This document shows, in pieces, positions 60,701 to 64,000 of a stretch of DNA of 64,000 bases. The DNA is taken from assembly GCA_963790305.1 (NCBI GenBank), contig CAWBOC010000002.1, positions 1-64,000 of the forward strand, given 5' to 3'. How positions within the stretch are numbered: the first letter of the stretch is position 1; the number at the start of each line of letters is the position of its first letter. A model generated the notes under the pieces. It searched no databases. It saw only the letters and a program-made list of their open reading frames with translations, and was not told the DNA's origin. The translations under genes and the position numbers were made by a program. The DNA comes from an uncultured Gemmatimonadaceae bacterium (lineage in GTDB: Bacteria; Gemmatimonadota; Gemmatimonadetes; Gemmatimonadales; Gemmatimonadaceae).

Positions 60701-60880
60701 CCGCGCGCTGACCAGCACATCGGACAGTGGCAGGCCGTCCTCACCGGTGGTGGTGCCGGAGATCCGCGCCGTGCTCGTCTGCGCCGTCGCCGTCACCGGG
60801 ATCATGGCAGTCGCGATACCGGCGAAAAGCAGCACGCCGGCCAGCAGTCGTGAGAGGGGCAATGCACCAGGCGTCGTCAT
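57782..60880 (-). CDS. TonB-dependent receptor (Oar-like), paralog of 53612-56575
   Basis: Shared GQDAS.GNPFP..AV.EFRVI.Q.YKAEY plug motif; C-terminal RRLQLGVRYSF. Confidence 0.9.
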   Translation of the reverse strand: MTTPGALPLSRLLAGVLLFAGIATAMIPVTATAQTSTARISGTTTGEDGLPLSDVLVSARSLATNFTRNATTSARGFYVLAGLPPDEYELTVRRIGVQPQTRRVRAQIGQQLTFDFRLVAAATELAAVEIVGSAVETDQRSPEVATNVSVEQIENLPLNDRDFLEFATLAPGVVPSGNRNSITASGLSPNLVNVFIDGASYKNEVLTGGVAGQDASGGNPFPQSAVREFRVISQQYKAEYAKATSAIVTATTKSGTNEFQGEVFYFGQNESSIGRTYFQRRDVNFRRVDFGKNQFGASLGGPIARDRLFFFASYEANHQNRAVDVVQPNLSGRPQNVVDDLTGIGGTFTSPLRSNLFFGKLTYQPAERHRWELSANVRDEYEIRGFGGNTARTRGEYFNNDVYTGVLGYQYARGNLLNEAHADIQRYQWKPIRFEGTDVGRVYDGVGTTGGRSTEQDFVQDKLTLRNDLTYTMPEWYGSHVFKAGATVAFSKYDITRELFGNPEFRFRATENFAFPFQAEMGIGDPRVKSDNTQIGVYVQDDWNITPRFLLSLGIRWDYESSMLNADWRTPDSVRTQAAPWLLPIPGWESRTTDRFFADPAKRSPFLGAFQPRIGFSWEVPELADATLFGGVGIYYDREYAGIAIGEKLNISYPRYIFRFSADGLPDGSGNPTIQWDDAYLSREGLLALVASGTSAARPELPMLPNDLEPPKAYQWSGGVRKAFGAYRATLSYTGVRSSNKLTFFFGNRQPWGACCQISDDFGNLLLAEPIGKTRYNGMYVTLERPFVHQGKWSWGGSLNYTLSKAEANIPSSTNSNFSLHVYRPSDLRWQPDDTDERHRVVANFITVLPFDIRFSTIINLGSGRPFNVVLGGDPPPEICQAFLPGSTCGARLPACELVGQPGGPPANAPCAGNFLSDDFPPGLGRNMGRPPKKDFIIPNAWAYRDVDIRLQKDLNIVQGQQLSIVAEVFNVFDFDNFSGFNSTVASYQRVVNLNPRDPALNRLNLQPAFGAPNGVVAESSRRLQLGVRYSF

Positions 60881-60949
60881 TGGAATGGTCCTCCATCATT
60901 GCCCAACATGCGGATCGCGCTAATCGGAAGAATCAGCGCGAACGACCGA

Positions 60950-61642
60950 TCAGGTGCAGGGATCCACGCGCACGGCTGTGGCACCGGCGGGCGTGCCGGC
61001 ATCGAGGAACACGACACTGGTCACCCGATTCGCGGGGAGTCCCGTCAGCGTGATGTTCGCGCGCGGCGTTCCCGTGGTCACCCCCGGATCGAACAGGCGG
61101 ATCTGCGTGTTCGCCTTCGGCAGGGTGATGAATGCGGGCGCGGTACCGGGGCCGAGCACCGGCAGATTGGCGACGGTGGGCGCTGCGATTGCGCCGTTAG
61201 GCACCGTCGCGTGGACGTCACCGGCCGTCGACGTCGCGTTGATGAATCGCACCAGGATGCTGGTGCTGGTGTCGGGCGGCGTAAAGACATCCTGAAGCGC
61301 GACCGCCGTCCGGGGTTGCCCGGTGCCAGCGACGACAATGGTGTACCGCCCACCGGCGACCAGCGTCGTGTCGAGCGTCGCGACGTTGGTCGTCGCGCGA
61401 ATCTGCCGAAAGCGAAAGTTCTGACGCTCGGCCGGGACCTGAATGCAGTCGGATGTGGTTCGGAAGCGCGCCGTCACGCGCGGTGTTTCGGCGCTGCCGA
61501 AGAGCAGACCGAGCGTGTCGACGCCAGCCGCGTCGAACATTCGCACGGCCGCGAACGGCCGGGATTCGACCACGTTCTCGTCGTCGCATGCGACGACCAC
61601 AGCCAGAATGCAGAGAAGAAGAACGCGCGCGGATTGAAGCAT
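60950..61642 (-). CDS. DUF4397-like lipoprotein
   Basis: Lipobox VVAC; AAVRMFDA, GGRYTIVVAG, LVRFINAT repeat pattern. Confidence 0.75.
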   Translation of the reverse strand: MLQSARVLLLCILAVVVACDDENVVESRPFAAVRMFDAAGVDTLGLLFGSAETPRVTARFRTTSDCIQVPAERQNFRFRQIRATTNVATLDTTLVAGGRYTIVVAGTGQPRTAVALQDVFTPPDTSTSILVRFINATSTAGDVHATVPNGAIAAPTVANLPVLGPGTAPAFITLPKANTQIRLFDPGVTTGTPRANITLTGLPANRVTSVVFLDAGTPAGATAVRVDPCT

Positions 61643-61710
61643 GTCGGCCTCGGCTCACGCAGGAGGAGACGACACGGCGTCGCGGCAGCAGCTCGATTCC
61701 GCGGCGCGGC

Positions 61711-61768
61711 CTGGAAACGTTTCCAGAGAAACGTGACTAGGATTACAGTCCGGCCCTGAGGCTGTCAA
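61711..61768 (-). promoter_or_regulatory. Promoter (TTGACA -35) with downstream LacI-type operator
   Basis: Perfect palindrome CTGGAAACGTTTCCAG at 61711-61726; TTGACA on the minus strand at 61768-61763. Confidence 0.7.
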
Positions 61769-61799
61769 GGAACTCGAACGCGGATGGCGGGCACCCGGA

Positions 61800-61832
61800 T
61801 AAAACGAAAGCCCCCCGAGACTCTCGGGGGGC
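61800..61832 (-). terminator. Intrinsic terminator after the FHA gene
   Basis: GCCCCCCGAGA/TCTCGGGGGGC stem followed by TTTCGTTTT on the minus strand. Confidence 0.75.
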
Positions 61833-61838
61833 GACTCA

Positions 61839-61858
61839 ATCCGCATTCTGCATTCCGC
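61839..61858. repeat. Single-arm AATGCGG-family repeat
   Basis: ATCCGCATTCTGCATTCCGC, 3' of the FHA gene; no partner arm seen. Confidence 0.6.
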
Positions 61859-61874
61859 AATCGTCTCTCCTTAC

Positions 61875-62936
61875 CTACCCATTCCGTCTCGGAATGAACA
61901 TCGCCTGGACGTTCCCGAACTGCAGCACCGTCGGCCCCTGGAGCTTCGTCTCCTTCTCGATCCGCTCGGCGCGCACGAAGGTCCCGTTCCGCGACGAGGC
62001 ATCGAGGATGAACCACTCCTCAGCACGCCGCTCCAGCGTCGCGTGTAATCCCGAGACGCTCTCATCGGGGACCACGACGTCGTTGTGTGGACCGCGTCCA
62101 ACGCGGACGAGCGATTTGGTGATCGGAACTCGCCGGCCCTGGAGTGCCCCACCGTTCATGAGCTCGAGCATCGCCAGCGCGCCATCCTCCATGCGCAGCG
62201 ACGGGAGCGGAGTGCTCTGCGGAGCCGCCGGCCGCGGTGGAACGGAAGCCACGAAGCCGGTGGCACCGAGCTGCGCCGCGCCCGGTGTCGAGCGGTCGAT
62301 CTCCGCCTCGAAGCGGAACTCCTCGGTGCCGATTCGGATCACATCGCCGACACCGAGCCAGCGCGTCTGCGAGACGCGCGCACCGTTGACGTAGATGCCG
62401 TTCATGCTCGAATCCTTGATCAGGTATCCGAGGCTGCCGGGGACGATGTCGGCGTGACGACGCGAGACCCCGGGAATGCCGAGCACGACGTCGCATCCCG
62501 GATCGCGACCGATGCTCAACCCGGCGTCGGGGATCGTGTACGTATGGTGATCGACGAGCCCGACGATACGGCCGCCCGTGCGCGCACCGGGCGTAGCTGG
62601 CGTCGAGGAATCGACGGCCGCCGAGTCGTCAGTGATCGAGGTGACGAAGTCGGTCCCACCGGCAAGGCGCTCGTCGCCGTAGACCATCTTCGCCTTGCCG
62701 ATCGAGATCTTCGACCCGTGCGGGACGGCGAGGGGAGCGGCACTCACCTCCTGCCCATCGAGCATCACGCGAACTGTTCCGGTGCGCCGTATCGTCGCGC
62801 CGCGCGGGCCGAGCACCACGATCGCCTGCGTGCCGCGGGGCATCGCAGGGATGATGATGTCCGATCCGTCGCTACCCAACGTGTTTTCGCCGGCCCGCAG
62901 CTCATGCTGCCGCGAGCCGATCGCGATATACGGCAT
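61875..62936 (-). CDS. Triple FHA-domain protein
   Basis: IGRDPGCDV..VSRRHA..DSSMNGIYVNG; VGRGPHND..VSGLHA..SRNGTFV; degenerate first FHA. Confidence 0.88.
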   Translation of the reverse strand: MPYIAIGSRQHELRAGENTLGSDGSDIIIPAMPRGTQAIVVLGPRGATIRRTGTVRVMLDGQEVSAAPLAVPHGSKISIGKAKMVYGDERLAGGTDFVTSITDDSAAVDSSTPATPGARTGGRIVGLVDHHTYTIPDAGLSIGRDPGCDVVLGIPGVSRRHADIVPGSLGYLIKDSSMNGIYVNGARVSQTRWLGVGDVIRIGTEEFRFEAEIDRSTPGAAQLGATGFVASVPPRPAAPQSTPLPSLRMEDGALAMLELMNGGALQGRRVPITKSLVRVGRGPHNDVVVPDESVSGLHATLERRAEEWFILDASSRNGTFVRAERIEKETKLQGPTVLQFGNVQAMFIPRRNG

Positions 62937-63071
62937 TCGGGGGTTCCTCGTGACGTCAACGTCTGATTAGAGACGACCGCCCATAAAGGGCGTGACAGCA
63001 CGCCGCGCTGCCTCGTCACTCTTGTGATGCCGGACCCCTCCGTGTGAGGGGCGTTCCCTGCCAAATCCGCC

Positions 63072-64000
63072 ATGACGAGAGCGACAAGAACCGGGGACCG
63101 CGATACGGCCTGCGCACGCTGCGGCTCGCTTCTCCCTGACAAGTCGGCGACCTGCGCCGCGTGTGGCCTCAATCAGAAGGCCACGACAGGTGTGTACGAC
63201 AGCGCGCCCTCCCAGCCCGACGATGCGGCTCTTGTTCGGGCAGCCCTGGCGGACGAATACGACATTCTCGAAGAGCTCGGCCGCGGCGGAATGGCCGTGG
63301 TCTTCCGCGCCCGCGAGCGCGCGCTCGACCGCGACGTCGCGATCAAGGTGCTCCCTCGGTCGCTCGCGTTCGATGCCGCGCTGGTCGAGCGCTTCCAGCG
63401 TGAAGCCCGGATCGCCGCCGCGCTCGAGCATCCGCACATCGTGCCGATCCACCGCGTCGGCCGGGCAGGCGACACGATCTTTTTCGTGATGAAGCACGTC
63501 AAGGGCGGCTCGCTCGCGGACCGCCTGCGCGACCGTCACCACCTTCCGGCCGAGGAGATTCACAAGATCCTGGTCGAGGTTGGCGGCGCGCTCGCATACG
63601 CCGCCGAGCGGGGCGTCGTGCACCGCGACATCAAGCCGGAGAACATCCTGTTCGACGAGAGCGGCCGCGCACTGGTGACCGACTTCGGCATCGCGCGCTC
63701 CGCGGACGCGACGGCGATGACCCGCGCCGGGACCTCGGTGGGAACGCCGCGCTACATGAGCCCCGAGCAGGCGCGCGGCAAGTCAGTCGATGGCCGGAGC
63801 GACGTCTATTCGCTGGGCGTCGTCGCCTACGAGTGCCTAACGGGGAGAGCGCCCTTCGAAGGGACGGATCACTACTCCCTCATGTACGCGCACGTCTCGC
63901 AGCCGATTCCCGCTCCCTCGCTCGACACGCCGGAGGAGCGCACGGTATTCGGCGTTCTCGAGAAGATGCTGCGGAAGGAGCCGGCGGACCGCCCGCAGAG
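63072..64000 (+). CDS. Hanks-type Ser/Thr protein kinase with N-terminal zinc ribbon (partial, runs off window)
   Basis: My translation: MTRATRTGDRDTACARCGSLLPDKSATCAACG..LGRGGMAVV..VAIK..HRDIKPEN..DFG..GTPRYMSPEQ; absent from the ORF track because no stop lies in the window. Confidence 0.92.
   Translation, partial: MTRATRTGDRDTACARCGSLLPDKSATCAACGLNQKATTGVYDSAPSQPDDAALVRAALADEYDILEELGRGGMAVVFRARERALDRDVAIKVLPRSLAFDAALVERFQREARIAAALEHPHIVPIHRVGRAGDTIFFVMKHVKGGSLADRLRDRHHLPAEEIHKILVEVGGALAYAAERGVVHRDIKPENILFDESGRALVTDFGIARSADATAMTRAGTSVGTPRYMSPEQARGKSVDGRSDVYSLGVVAYECLTGRAPFEGTDHYSLMYAHVSQPIPAPSLDTPEERTVFGVLEKMLRKEPADRPQ

Noticed and set aside
52889..60853. Long antisense ORFs (e.g. 52889-54340, 59441-60853; also 10326-11774, 11245-12576)
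   Set aside because: Shadow frames of high-GC genes: Arg/Ala-rich, without motifs, and overlapping well-supported CDSs.
9214..61858. Short tandem repeats as a CRISPR array
   Set aside because: Units are 7-9 nt, inverted and dispersed; there is no direct repeat-spacer series and no cas gene in the window.
1..64000. tRNA, rRNA, integrase, transposase, prophage or defence genes
   Set aside because: None recognisable by eye or in the ORF track; a covariance-model scan was not possible, so small RNAs could be missed.

Overview
High-GC bacterial chromosome segment. The gene repertoire (BTAD-TM-TPR regulator, Oar-like TonB receptors, DUF5916, several ECF cassettes, FadI/FadJ) suggests Gemmatimonadota; this is inference. 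About 54 genes are present. Housekeeping and metabolic genes: queG, LOG family, deoxyhypusine-synthase-like, greA, glpD, fadIJ, proline dehydrogenase, rsgA, sirtuin. Regulatory genes: two ECF sigma cassettes, a two-component system, and an FHA/Ser-Thr kinase pair. A ~20 kb sugar-utilisation locus carries two TonB receptors, LacI, a GH144-like glucanase, an ABC transporter, a discoidin-domain glycosidase and GH1. I saw no rRNA, tRNA, CRISPR array or transposase. Eight genes between 4 and 41 kb are broken, almost all by +1 insertions, most likely long-read assembly errors. Main points of interest: (i) five distinct families of intergenic palindromes built from 7-9 nt tandem units, at 13 sites, mostly right after stop codons and sometimes supplying them; (ii) an ECF sigma / membrane anti-sigma with a periplasmic glycogen-binding (CBM48-like) domain / outer-membrane barrel-CBM48 cassette; (iii) readable cis-regulatory sites: 11-bp-phased SARP boxes, a duplicated ECF promoter, a greA leader terminator, and LacI and GntR operators; (iv) a probable beta-1,2-glucan locus containing an unclassified glycosidase.
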